DNA of 64,000 nucleotides from Octopus vulgaris (lineage: Eukaryota): positions 50,902,001-50,966,000 of the forward strand of contig OX597832.1 of the NCBI GenBank assembly GCA_951406725.2, written 5' to 3'. Below the pieces are notes generated by a model. That model was not told the DNA's origin and made no database searches. It saw only the letters and a program-made list of their open reading frames with translations. Positions 1 to 13,289 of this stretch are shown one piece after another (positions within the stretch are counted from its first letter, which is position 1; each line of letters starts with the position of its first letter). A program made the translations under genes and the position numbers.

Positions 1-131
1 ATAATTAAATTACACCATCTAGGAAATTACATATAATAGAAAAGTTAAAATTAAAATAACAATAAAAAGTAAAGATTAAGTAAATTACACGAATAATATA
101 ATGTATATAATGGGTATACATATACATATAT

Positions 132-298
132 ATATACGACGGGCTTCTTTCAGTTTCCGTCTACCAAATCCACTCACAAGGCTTTGGTCGGCCCGGGGCT
201 ATAGTAGAAGACACTTGCCTAAGGTGCCATGCAGAGGGACTGAACTCGAAACCATGTGGTTAGGAAGCAAGCTTCTTACCACACAGCTACTCCTGTAT
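132..298 (-). mobile_element. tRNA-derived SINE, group 2 (CORE-like middle), head/body
   Basis: Reverse complement of the head caggagtggctgtgtggtaag..ccttgggcaagtgtcttctactatagc..gaagcccgtcgtata that recurs at 15445-15860, 22773, 36570 and 60420. Confidence 0.85.
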
Positions 299-502
299 CT
301 ATAGCCACTGTGTCGAAGTTCCTTGGATACAGGATATAAGGTAAGACAACTGTCATCTGATGATGTTGTTGAGGCAGTTTCACATGTCCACGATTGTCGT
401 CTTATATTCAGACTATAAGTTCGTCCTTTTCCTTAATGTCAACTCGAGAAAATACTTGAATCTTGCGATTATCTCCCCTTCTCATTTGCCAATTAGTAAT
501 TA

Positions 503-807
503 CTAGTAGTATCGCCCGGCGTTGCTCGGGTTTGTAAGGGAAATAACTATATAAGCATTTTTAGAGAGTTACTTCCCTTATATAACCCGAGCAAAAATCA
601 TTAAAAATGCGGAAAAATGATGGTAATTTTTTTTTAATCGTAGACTCATCGTAGACGCGCGCTAATACCCAGAAGGGCTCGATATGAATGACGACTATAA
701 GATACCCGGTTTTGGTTAAACTGCACCGCAAAATGTGGGAGTAGTTAGGAATCTAAATCGGAGGAGACAGAGTCTCACACACAGAACTTCAATTTTATAT
801 ATAAAGA
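503..807 (-). mobile_element. Non-autonomous Helitron, family A
   Basis: On - strand starts TC(tttatatataaaa) and ends with hairpin acccgagcaacgccgggc then CTAG, between A and T with no TSD; near-identical to 8836-9134 and 29709-30005. Confidence 0.85.
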
Positions 808-934
808 TAATGCATCACCTACAGAAGGAAATGGTTTTAATAAATCAGAATTTATGTTCTATGGCATTTAATATACCTGCATTGTCTACGTCTTTCCCAT
901 ACATACCACTGGTCATTCTGAGTTATTTCTCTTA

Positions 935-1262
935 ACGCATTTTTCTTCTAAATTTATTAATGTTTTCAACTACTGTCACCCTCTTCTATAAAACTATTCC
1001 AAATGTTTGCTGTTCTTAAACTTAATGTCCCTTTCTCCATGTTTCTACTTCATATATAATTCATTTTACACGAATCCCCTTCACGGTGTCCATTAACTGC
1101 GTTGTATATATATTCCAAGCATATCCGTTCTGACTCGTCCGTATGTCAAGCTTGATAGTTTGAGCTTTTCAACTTTTCTGCATACGTTAGATTCTCCAGT
1201 TTAGATTGTTGTTTAGTAGATCTGCTTTGTAAGCGATTCACTTTTAACCACGAGTTCTTTAT
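935..1262 (-). pseudogene. Decayed CR1/L2-like LINE ORF2 C-terminal fragment
   Basis: Frameshifted - strand translation LENLTYAEKLK../..SLTYGRVRTDMLGIY resembles the CR1-type 'LSYEERL..L.SLEYRR.RGDMI' motif. Confidence 0.5.
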
Positions 1263-1316
1263 TGTTCTTCATAGGTACAGGTATGACTATGTGGTTAAGA
1301 AGCTTGCTTTACAACC

Positions 1317-1689
1317 ATAAAAAGTCTGGCTGCATCCGAAAAAATATATATTATGAAACAAAAATAAACACAAAATTTATTACACGAATCTGTTACCACC
1401 ACGACAGTCAACTATTTGACGCCGAACACGAGTTTGATGTTGAATACATCCACGAATTTTCCGCTCAGCTCTTCCCAAGACTGCAAGATGGCTTCGTGCA
1501 ATTCATGCCTCGTTGTAGGGTTTTTCAGTTCAACTTTATCGGCCAAAACTTTGAAAATGCCTTCATCTAATGGATTCCACGTGTAAACAATGTGTTGAAT
1601 AGAACTCACTGAATAAATCTTAATTAACTGTGTTGTCAATTGTATGCACCTGACATATATGCTAACGTGTATGCAGCCAGACTTTTCAT
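1317..1689 (-). mobile_element. Internally deleted Tc1/mariner element nested in a group 2 SINE
   Basis: Inverted ends aaaagtctggctgcat (1320-1335) / atgcagccagactttt (1671-1686); internal WNPLDEGIFKVLADKVELKNPTTRHELHEAILQSWEEL matches the Tc1 transposase C-terminus; SINE head at ~1275-1316 resumes at ~1700-1820. Confidence 0.75.
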
Positions 1690-1852
1690 ACAGAGGATAC
1701 TTTCGAGTTCAGTGTCACTGCGTGTCTCCTAGGGCAAGTGTCTTCTACTATAACCCAGAACCGAACGTCGCGCTGTAGGTGAATTTGGTAGACGGAAACT
1801 GTGTGGACGATCGTCGTATATTCACACACACACACAAGCACACACACACACA

Positions 1853-1947
<95 letters not shown>

Positions 1948-1949
<2 letters not shown>

Positions 1950-2213
1950 CCAAATTTAGGGTATGGAGCAGGTAAAATCCAGCTTATATTTGTTTCCTAG
2001 CTAGCATAACCATGGGATACTCCACTAACTACTAATCCTTAGATAACCTGGGATACCTTGACGACAATATAACCTTCATTTAACTAAGGTATCCTCGGCC
2101 TGATGAATAGCTAGCAGAGTACCCGTTGTTGAGTAATTACTATTTCTGATGTTCTGCTAGCTTGGAAACATATGCAGCCTGCATTTTACCTTCTCCTTTC
2201 TCTAAATTTGGAT
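1948..2213. mobile_element. Fold-back / MITE-like element
   Basis: About 60-bp imperfect terminal inverted repeats (atccaaatttag..ggtaaaat..tgtttcc.agctagca / tgctagct.ggaaaca..attttacc..ctaaatttggat) plus inner inverted matches (ggatacctt / aaggtatcc). Confidence 0.7.
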
Positions 2214-2393
2214 TTGCAAGCCATAAAATAACTTTTTTCAGCTAATCGAACTTCGATATGAAAAAACTTTACGACCTTCTACATCAATAAACCACTATTG
2301 TTCCTGATAGTTGCTTCTTATACCTTCTAAGGACTGCTCCAAGATTACCAACTTTCTACACCTGGATGCTTGGATCATTTACATATAATTTTA

Positions 2394-2470
<77 letters not shown>

Positions 2471-2694
2471 TTACTCTTGTACTCTTTTACTTGTTTCAGT
2501 CATATTGACTGCGGCCATGCTGGAGTACCACCTTTAGTCTAGCAAATCGACTTATTCTTTGGAAGCCTAGTACTTATTCTATCAGTTTCTTTTGCCGAAC
2601 CGCTAAAGTTACAGGGACGTAAGCACACCACCATCGGTTGTCAAGCGATATTGGGGGGACAAACAAATACACACAAACGTATACACACACATAC

Positions 2695-2747
<53 letters not shown>

Positions 2748-3566
2748 CATACATATATGCGAGGCTTTAAAAGGGTGTATTTATTTTTTATTATTTTACA
2801 TGTATGTATGTATATGTGTGTGTGTGTGAGTGTGTGTGTGTGCGTGCGTGAGTGTGTGTGTGTATAGATAGATAGCTAGATAGATAGACAGATAAACAAT
2901 ACATATATATATATGTGCGTGTGTTTGTGTGTGCGTGCGTGTGTGAGTGTGTGTATCTTTGTGTTCGCCCTCACACTGCTTGACAACCGGTTTTGGTTTG
3001 TTTACGTCCTCGTTACTGTGTGGTTCGGCTATAAGATACCGATAGAGTAAATAGCAAACTTAAAATATAAATACCGGAGTCGATTTGCTCGACTAAACCC
3101 TTCGATGCGGTGTTCCAGCATGGCCGCAGTCCAATGACTGGAACAAGTAAAAGATAAATGATGTTAAGGACTCTGATCTGGATCTTATCACACAAAATTG
3201 CTGCCCTTTACGCAAAATTTGAGACCAACACCACTGATCAGGGCGCGCTGTTGCAACATGACCACTAAGAGGATATTGAAAAGTTCCTGGCTTTAAGGGC
3301 ATTGCTAAAAGCCTGGTTGGAAGCCCAACCTTCCGGGTATTTTGACAAGGCTTAGAAAAACTGAAGGGCTGCTGTAATAAGTGTGTGAATCTGAGTTTAA
3401 TTTCCACCAAAGTCGACTTTGCCTTTCATCTTTTCGAGGTCCATAAAATGATTACCAGTTGAACACGGGGGTCGATGTAATCGACTAGACACCCCACACG
3501 GCCTTGCGGGCCTTGTGCCAAAATTTGAAACCAATTTCTGAACATTTGAACCATATAATTGTAACC

Positions 3567-3797
3567 TATTTCTTTACTACCCACAAGGGTCTAAATACAG
3601 AGAGAACAAACAAGGACAGACAAAGTGATTAAGTCGATTACATCGACCCCAGTGCGTGACTGGTACTTAATTTATCGACCCCGAAAGGATGAAAGGCAAA
3701 GTCGATCTCAGCGGAATTTGAACTCAGAATGTAACGGCAGACGAAATACCGCTAAGCATTTCGCCCGGCGTGCTAACGTTTCTACCAGCTCGCCGCC
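3567..3797 (-). mobile_element. tRNA-derived SINE, group 1 (Nin/Deu-like domain)
   Basis: Head ggcggcgagctggcagaa, B-box-like gagttcaaattcc, core gcctttcatcctttcggggtcgataaa..agtaccag; many copies in the window. Confidence 0.9.
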
Positions 3798-3866
3798 TTT
3801 TAATTGTAACATATTCGAGTAGAGTACCTTTTCGAATGCCCTTTGAAAGTCCAAGAAAATACGCTA

Positions 3867-4075
3867 TACGACGTGGGGGTGGCTGAAAAGTTCCTGGTTT
3901 TAGCGGTGTCGCGAAAGGCCTAGTTGGAGACCCAACCTTCTGAATTAATTTACAGGACTTAGAAAGAACGGAAGGACTGAAAATCTGGGAGGGGAATATG
4001 TTGAATAAAATTATAACTGATCCTCCTGTATTTTCTTTTACCCCAAACCAGGAACTTTTCAGCACCCCTATCGTA
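3867..4075 (+). mobile_element. Mariner-derived MITE
   Basis: TIRs tacg..gggg..gctgaaaagttcctggttt / aaaccaggaacttttcagcacccc..cgta flanked by TA; internal remnant ..GGEYVE* like a mariner C-terminus; related partial copy at ~3268-3395. Confidence 0.8.
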
Positions 4076-5270
4076 TATCATTTCCTTATCCATTTCACCT
4101 GTACTTGTCCAATTTTTGCTAACGATTAACCATTTATATATAACGGATCTTCTGGACAAAAAAAAAAAAATTCTGGCTCTTTTTTCTATGAAGACATTTT
4201 TTGTTCATGATGTATGTTTCCTTAAGACCTGTCCCGGAATTTCACACAAAACTCAGTGTTAGCCTCACAAGTCTATGTCCGGCAAATGTCTTCGCTCTAT
4301 GAGCTTTCCGTACTGAACTGTTGAGAACTTGGCAATGCATTTGCCATGTCTTTAAGAAGTCTAGAAATCATCAATTCCCTGGTGATTTATCGATCTTAAA
4401 ATCTTCGAGTAATTTTCTAATTTCCATTTCTCTAATATCAATGTAAAGGGCAGCGAACTGGCACAATTGCTAGCATGTCGGACAAAACGCACTTTACGTT
4501 CTGAGTTCAAAATCCCTCGAGGTCAAATTTATTGTTCATTCCTTCGGGATCGATAAAATAAAGTGCCAGTCAAGTACTGGGTCGATGTAATCGACTTATC
4601 CCCTTCCCTCAAAATGGTTGGCCTTCAATCCTACAACGGACCGGCGTACCTTTCTGGTCCAGTGGAGAGGAAAGAATGCTGTGATCTCGGTCACCTAAAG
4701 GCCATGGAAGCCAGGTAAACGGCTTTTTGAGTTCATAGGCACGAGAAAAAAATACAGATAAAATGTCGCTTAGCATTTTATCTGATGCATTAACGATTCT
4801 GTCAACTGACTAATAATAATCCTTTCTACTGTAGGCATAAATACCTCTGCTCGACTGGCACTTATTTTATCAACCCCGAAGGTTCACATTGACGAAATGT
4901 AATACCAGCAGACAGCAAGGAAACATGACCAGGAAGATTTTTTTACCTTCCTATCCTATTTGCTACTCCCACAAAATCCTTGCGTGCGTCGAAGAAGCCA
5001 TTCCAGACTCCCACTGACACCTATGAGGGAGACGTTCCTAGAAATGTCCATAAACGTTTAAAACAGTTTGATCGTCCAGCTCCCGTTGAGATGGTGTCAT
5101 AAGCCTCCAGGGGTCTCTTGGTGGCTGACAGTTAACTCCAGTTTCATGATGTGGAGCGCATTGTGATGAAATCATCCTTCGATGGGACAATAATCTATCG
5201 TAGGGAAAATTTCTAGATGACCTGCTACCTTCTTTTGACGGTTACGTGATCTGGCGGAATGTAGAATAAG

Positions 5271-5700
5271 GCGGCGATCTGGCAGAAACGTTAGCACGCC
5301 GAGCGAAATGCTTCCCGGTATTTCGTCTGTCTTGACGTTCTGAGTTCAAATTCCGCCGAGGTCGACTTTGCATTTCATTCTTTCGGGGTCGATAAATTAA
5401 GTACCAGTTACGCACTGGGGTCGATATAATCGACTTAATCCGTCTGTCTGTCCTTGTTTGTCCTCTCTGTGTTTAGCCACGTGTGGGTAGTAAAGAAATA
5501 GGTATTTCGCCAGTCTTTATTTTCTGAGTTCAAATTCCGCCGAGATCGACTTGACCTTTCATCCCTTTCGGGGGTGGAGGTCGATAAAATAAGTGCCAAT
5601 TGAGCACTGGGGTCGATGTAATCGACTTAATCCGTTTGTCTGTCCTTGTTTGTCCCCTCTATGTTTAGCCCCTTGTGGGCAATAAAGAAATAAGAATAAG
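5271..5700 (+). mobile_element. Group 1 SINE dimer
   Basis: Full copy followed by a second body joined at aagaaata|ggtatttcg. Confidence 0.85.
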
Positions 5701-6346
5701 ATGTTCTGTTCTAAAACCAAAAATGCACCAACTATGAATTCGAACACCTAACCTATAAGTATGTAATTCAACATCCTCTCCACTTCGGCTATGTTACTCC
5801 TACATTCGGTACATTGTCAAAAAATATTGACTCTTCGAAGCCTTCAAAGGGAGATTTCTATATGTAGTCATTCGGCCAACGGGAAATGGTTGCCAAAATA
5901 TCTCTTCCATCAAAACGCACAATCTTTAAAACAGAAAGAACTCACTGAATAATGTAATCCAAGATACGGCTTGTCTGAATGGAAGGCGGAATGGTCACAG
6001 CTGGAATGTCTTTGGAAATAGATCTGTTTAATTAGGGGTGACCTGAGTACTAAACATCAAGAACAACAACAATATTGATTTCTTTCGATTATGCACGAAA
6101 ATCCTTAATTTTTTCGGAAAGAGAGAAAGAGAGAGAGAGAGAGAAGAAAGAGGAGAGGAGAAATGGGTGGTAGTAATGGAAGTCATGTCGTTCATGCTTG
6201 TTCCAAGGATGGTGATTGAAGGGGCCGCACTAATAGCGGTGTAAGGGCCGTTGCGTTAGGGCTGTAAGTGGCTCCAACCGGAAATGAAAACCGGATACTG
6301 TAGTAAATATGCTGGCGGTTTTATATCTCAACACAAAACCACCACC

Positions 6347-6391
<45 letters not shown>

Positions 6392-6410
6392 GTCATCATC
6401 GTCATCATCG

Positions 6411-6441
<31 letters not shown>

Positions 6442-6929
6442 TACTATGCATTATTATGCTCTTGCTTTACAGTTTGCTCTCTCTCTCTCTCTCTCTTTCT
6501 CTCTTTCTTTCTCTTTTCCCTCACTCTCAAACAAACACCCTCTCACTTCCCTTCTGCTTCTCTCTCATTTCTGCTCCCCCCTCTCTTACACCTATACACG
6601 CACGCATTCCCGCCCCTCTCACTTTCTCTCATTCACTCCTCTCTCTCTCTCTCTCTCTTTCACCCACTCTCGTCTCTCACTCTCTCTCTCTCTCTCTCTC
6701 TCCTTCTCTCTGTCTCTCTCTCTCAATATATCTTTATGTCTGAGTTCATTCACCATTGCAGATACACAGTTTTTCATTTGTACTTTTTTTTTCATCTTTA
6801 TATTGTTGTTTTGTTTTTTTTTTGTCTTTTTTTCTTTGTATATCTGTTATTCTCACCCACCTCCATAACCGGAACCATCTTTCCAGTCTGCTTTCCGGCA
6901 AATCCTATATTTATGCGTACAACTCTTTA

Positions 6930-6967
<38 letters not shown>

Positions 6968-7158
6968 TGCATGTGTGTGTGTGTGTGTGTGTGCGTGTGT
7001 GCGCAATATATGCACTTATTTTGAGTGTACATACGGGTGTATGCTAGCATTTGTGGAAAGTGATCATACATATGAACATATACATCTAAGTACATAATTA
7101 TAGTCGCTTATGAATTAATGTGTGTGTGTGTGTCTGAGAGAGAGTGTATGTGTGTATG

Positions 7159-7209
<51 letters not shown>

Positions 7210-7535
7210 GCGTGTGTGTGTGTTATATATATAGAAGTCAATGAACTTAAAAGTCTATGGGAAACACGTCTCGGGTCATGGAATTCCGCGTTGCAAGATT
7301 TTTATAAGAAAGCAGTGACTGTAATACTTGCGTGTGTTTCATGCATACACACCAACCAAGTTACCTGGATAGAAAGAGATGGATGGATGGATGGGTGGAT
7401 GGATGGATGGATGAATGGATGGATGGATGGATGGATAGACAGACAGATAGATACACACATACATACATACATAGGTAGGTAGATAGATAGATAGACAGAC
7501 AAACAGACAGATAGATAGACAGACAGACAGACAGA

Positions 7536-7576
<41 letters not shown>

Positions 7577-8835
7577 GACAAATACATTCATAAATTCATA
7601 CATACATACATGCATGCATGCATGTATGTATGTATGTATGTATGTATGCATGCATGTATGTATGTATGTTTGTATGTATGAATTTATGAATGTATTTGTT
7701 GTCTGTCTGTCTGTCTGTACATACATACATACATACATACATACATACATACATACATACATGCATGCATACATATATACATACATGCATGCATACATAC
7801 ATACATACATACATGCATGCATACATACATACATACATGCATACATACATACATGCATGCATACATACATACATACATACATATATGCATGCATACATAC
7901 ATGCATGCATGTATACATACATACATACATACATACGTACGTACCTGCACAGACATGCACATATATATGTATATATCCCCACTCTCAAATAACGTCTGAT
8001 GACTTCACCTGAATTTCTGCGACTCTATATACCAGCTCTGAAAATGTGTTGTACATAGACGAAGCGTGGCATACACTAAAAATAAGTGGCATTGTTTTTG
8101 TAGCCCTAGGTCAGTCCTGATAAGAGTAGACCTATTATCAAATCTGTATATCTAGTGTCTAGGCTCATTCAATGGGTGTTTTCTTTTGAAAGTCAATGGT
8201 GTTTGAGCTGAAGGGGGATTTAGCTATATTTTCAAGCATGTCGAACAGCTTACAAATTTGTAGCATTGTGCCTATGTTTAGTGCATCGTCTGGAACCTAA
8301 TGAAAAGAATGAAAAATAAAGTCAAATCTAAAAGATTTGGATCCAACGGAAAGAAGAGCAAAAAATAGATTCCATATGTTCCTTATTCCGAAGCTTTATC
8401 AATTTGTTACTCCACTACATTTTAAAATATGGTTGTTCACAGCACTTGGTTACAATTCCATCAACCGAGCTCAAAAGAGATCCGGTATTTTCAAAATGGT
8501 TTGGCTGTTAGACGAGAACCTGGCTACTGATAGGAGCATTTTTTTAAAAATGTCAATAGAGAATCAAAGCACCATACTAAACGCAGAATTTACTTTCATT
8601 CCACCATGCTTTTAGTTCAAGTTCCGCCGAAATTAACTTTCGTAACTCTGAGGTCTGTAAAATAAGCAATAGATATTTTGTAGAAAGGCAAGTTGAAACG
8701 GCTGTAAGAAATGAGGAGGTTTCGTGTGCTTTTGCAAATGGTACCAATCGAATACCACAATCATGTGATTGCTCATTTACTTATTTGTTTGTTCGTTAGT
8801 TAGTACATTCGTTAGAGAATATAATATATGGCTAA

Positions 8836-9134
8836 CTAGCAGTATCGCCCGGCGTATCTCGGGTTTGTAGGGGAAATAACTATATAAGCATTTTTAGAGA
8901 GTTACTTTCCTTATATAATAGCAAAAAAAAATTGCATTAAAAATGGGAAAAAATGATGGTAAATTTTTTTTTTTAATCGTAGACTCATCGTAGACGCGCG
9001 CTAATACCCAGAAGGGCTCGATATGAATCGCGACTATAAGATACCCGCTTTTGGTTACACTGCACCGCAAAATGTGGGAGTAGTTAGGAATCTAAATCGT
9101 AGGAGACAGACACACAACCTTACTTTTATAAAGA
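8836..9134 (-). mobile_element. Non-autonomous Helitron, family A
   Basis: Same termini and body as 503-807. Confidence 0.85.
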
Positions 9135-10949
9135 TTATCAAATAACATGTCACATCACATTTTTTAAAGAAGAGAAAGAGGATTGTTGAGCTCCCTCTTC
9201 TTTTACCTTATAGCAAAGCAAGATAAGCTGAAGGCGGTGAAAATGGTGCGGCATAGAAACCAAGATTTCTATTATTGGATGTTGATAAATAACGAACAGT
9301 ATTGTTTATGAAGGTCATCTATTAACTTCTTCGCCAGGTACATCGATAAAATGTAGATTAGAGCTGCTTGTATGCTATGACCCAGACGAAACACTCAACA
9401 ACACTTGAATTTCACTTATCTGACAGGTAGACAAGAAATAGATAATAAAAAGGAAAACAAAACAACAAAAGATTCGGTGGTAAAATACCACACACAGAAA
9501 ATCCATAATTGTTTTTTTGGTTCATAGTTCTCAGATTCCTCTGAAGCAAGGATAAGAAAACTCTTTGCCTACAAGCGAAATCCCACCTTCATACAAAATT
9601 AAAACAGTTGACGAAGTCTCTAGAATCTTATGCAAAGATCTGAAATGTTTAAATTTAAAAAAAAAGAAATTTTTTTCTCGAATTTTCGGATTCATAAGGA
9701 TGGTTATTCAGTTTTCATGAAGTATAAGTGACCTAGTTCACATTTCCCTCTGAACGAAACGTCGGTCCGTTGCAAGGTTCAAGGCCAACAATTCTAAAGG
9801 GAGGGGAGGCGGCGAGCTGGCAGAAACGTTAGCACGCCGGGCGAAATGCTTAGTGGAATTTCATCTGTCTTTACGTTCTGAGTTCAAATTCCGCCGAGGT
9901 TACGTGATGGGGTCGATCTAATTGACTGGCCCCACTCCCCAAAAACTTCGGGCCTTGTGCCTAGAGTAGAAAAGAATTTTGAAGGGAGGGGACAAGTTGA
10001 TTACATCTAGCCCAGTACTGACTTGATATTTTATTTTATCGATCCTGAAGAGGGAATGGAAAGAGCTGACAGCGCCGAAATTTGAACTCAGACCGTAAAA
10101 AGCCGGAAGAAATACCGTTAATAATTTTTGTCCGATGTGATAACGATTCTTCTGATTCGCTGTCTTTGATACAATATGAGTTTAAAAACTAATGCATCGT
10201 TATTTTTCTTGGTAGATATGCGACCCCACAAGTTCTTATGCATTTGTAGGTAGTCCCTGTTATTTTAAAGGTGCCTCGTCTTTCCTTCTTTCAAATTATT
10301 ATTTCATCTGGGACAGGATAACTTCAGTATCATTCCCAAAATATATTAAAGAATACGCAACGGGATACGAACGGAAAACATTTTAGCCAAGAGACCGACA
10401 CTTTAGTCATTGAGCTATTTGGGGTTTGTCAGCGGGGTCGCAGACTCATTCAATCAATATAATCCTTATCACTCGTTTAATTTATCAATAAAATGATCGC
10501 TCAGTCACCAAGTACACCAATAAAATTAACTTGACCTTTCACTTAATATCTATATAAAGTAGATGTTTTACTCAATGCAACAATAAACTAATTGGCCGAT
10601 CAAGTTCACCCAACTTTAATATGCAAAAGATATGAACATAAAACAATGATTTATCGAAATATCTATATTGGGGAAAGTTGAATGAAGTGCATAAAATTTG
10701 ATAGATCCTTCTTTGCGTCAAAGTAACAAGCTTATAGCAAAATAACTATATACTATTTTCTGCTTAAATTTAGTAAAAGAAACCGAGATATCTTTCAATT
10801 TTTATTGTTTATCATTTACTTGTTTCAGTCATTGGACTGCGTCCATTTTGGGGCACCGCCTTGAAGGGCTAAGTCACATAAATAGAGCTAAGGACGATTA
10901 TTTTTAATGGCAAATAATTCTGGAATATTGCCATAGACCAATGAAGGAC

Positions 10950-11190
10950 TGACACAGAGAGTGACAAGGCCGGCCCTTTGAAATACAGGTACAACAGAAA
11001 CAGGAAGTAAGAGTGAGAGAAAGTTGAGGTGAAAGAGTACAGCAGGGATCACCACCACCCCCTGCCGGAGCCTCGTGGAGCTTTAGGTGTTTCGCTCAAT
11101 AAACACTCACAACGCCCGGTCTGGGAATCGAAACCGCGATCCCATGACCGCGAGTCCACTGCCCTAACCACTGGGCCATTGCGCCTCCAC
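10950..11190 (-). mobile_element. tRNA-derived SINE, group 3 (partial)
   Basis: Head gtggaggcgcaatggcccagtggttagggcag..ggtttcgattccc with A/B boxes; nearly identical to part of 49152-49538. Confidence 0.85.
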
Positions 11191-11296
11191 CAAAATGATA
11201 ATAATAATAATGAGAATGGTGTGTATGTGTGCGCGTGTATGCGGACGGGTTGTCAAAGAGACGGCTGAAGATTTGAAGAATAATATAATTGCAATA

Positions 11297-11880
11297 TCGG
11301 TTTCAAATTTTGGCACAAGGTCAAGATTTTCGGGGGAGGGAGCTAAGCTGATTAAATCGACCCCAGTGTTCAATTGGCACTTATTTTATCGACCTCCACC
11401 CCCGAAAGGGATGAAAGGTGAAGTCGATCTCGGCGGAATTTGAACTCAGAAAATAAAGACTGGCGAAATACCTATTTCTTTACTACCCACAAGGGGCTAA
11501 ACACAGAGGGGACAAACAAGGACAGACAAACGGATTAAGTCGATTATATCGACCCCAGTGCGTAACTGGTACTTATTTAATCGACCCCGAAAGGATGAAA
11601 GGCAAAGTCGATCTTAGCAGAATTTGAACTCAGAACGTAGCGGCAGACGAAATACCTATTTCTTTATTACCCAAAAGGGGCTAAACACAGAGGGGACAAA
11701 CAAGGACAGACATAGGTATTAAGTCGATTATATCGACCCCAGTGCGTAACTGGTACTTATTTAATCGACCCCGAAAGGATGAAAGGCAAAGTCGATCTTA
11801 GCAGAATTTGAACTCTGAACGTCAAGACAGACGAAATACCGCTAAGCATTTCGCCCGGCGTGCTAACGATTCTGCCAGCT
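11297..11880 (-). mobile_element. Group 1 SINE trimer
   Basis: Three tandem bodies with ~185-bp period, joined at the gaaatacc/tatttc site. Confidence 0.85.
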
Positions 11881-12330
11881 TAATAATATTGTTGTATTAT
11901 TAGTTTTAAATTTTGGCTTAAGGTCCAGAATTTCGGAGGAGGGGCTAAGTCGATGAAATCGACCTCAGTGCTCAACTAGTAATTATTTTATCGATCCCGG
12001 AAGGATGAAAGGCAAAGTAGGCCCCAGTGGAATTTGAACTCAGAACGTAGAGAAGGACGAAATGCCGATAAGCATTTTGCCCGGCATGCTAACGATTCTC
12101 CCAGTTCGCCTCCTTAATAATGTAATAGTAATATCAAACGTGTATGTACGTATGTATGTACGTATGTATGTATGTACGTATGTATGTATGTACGTATGTA
12201 TGTATGTATGTATGTATGTACGTATGTATGTATGTATGTATGTATGTAGGTAGGTAGGTAGGTAGGTAGGTAGGTAGGTAGGTAGATAGGTAGGTAGGTA
12301 GGTAGGTAGGTAGGTATGTGTGTAGGTAAA

Positions 12331-12562
12331 GGCGGCGAGCTGGCAGAATCGTTAGCACGCCGGGCGAAATGCTTAGCAGTATTTCGTCTGCCGCTACGTT
12401 CTGAGTTCAAATTCCACCGAGGTCAACTTTGCCTTTCATCCTTTCGGGGTCGATTAAATAAGTACCAGTTACGTACTGGGGTCGATATAATCGACTTAAT
12501 CCGTCTGTCTGTCCTTGTTTGTCCTCTCTGTGTTTAGCCCCTTGTAGGTAGTAAAGACATAG
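12331..12562 (+). mobile_element. Group 1 SINE
   Basis: Complete head-to-tail copy; others at 9808, 22921, 26164, 36688 (+) and 11905, 27866, 40511, 49800 (-). Confidence 0.9.
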
Positions 12563-12979
12563 GAAAGTGGGTAGGTTAGTGTGAAATCGCATGGCCTAGT
12601 GGTTAACGTGTTGCACTCACGATTGTGAGACCTTGGTTTCAATTCTCGGGTGGGGCGTTGTATTCTTGAGTACGAAACTCTTCATTTCACGTTGCTCTGC
12701 GACCACTTTGACGTCTGATGTGAGACACACCTTGCACCTGCACAGGTAATTTGAAGCAGGGTGTGAGCTAATGTACATCACAAACATTTGACCACTATAA
12801 GCATGTCATCTGTGCAGGTTGTTCAGCAAGATGAGGTGAAACCCTCATATGTCGTCTACGACAAGAATATTCATGCATGTATAATAAATATGTAAGTACT
12901 ATGTGTGTATGTATGTATATGTATGTATGTGTGCGTGTGTACATACATACATACATACATACATACATACATACATACA

Positions 12980-13011
<32 letters not shown>

Positions 13012-13289
13012 CACATATACACACGCAAGCGATGAGTTTCTTTCACTTTCCGTTTACCACTCATAAGGCTTTGCTCGGTCCGAAGCCAGAGTAGAAGGTA
13101 CTTACCCAAGGGTCCACACCGTGGGATTGAACCCGAAACCATGTAGTTAAGAAGCAAACTTCTTTAACCACACAGCCATGTCCATGTCTTGGATGATGGT
13201 AAAAGATTAGGTGAAGGAAAATACTGTTATGGCAGTCAAAGTCTAGCTTTAGAATAACAATCTTCTTCGCCAATAAAGAAGAACATCAA

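Noticed and set aside
9730-9767. Hammerhead-like gacc..gttca/tgaac GAAACGTC ggtc
   Set aside because: Stems and the GAAAC box fit, but the CUGANGA box is replaced by 'ta'; at best a dead remnant.
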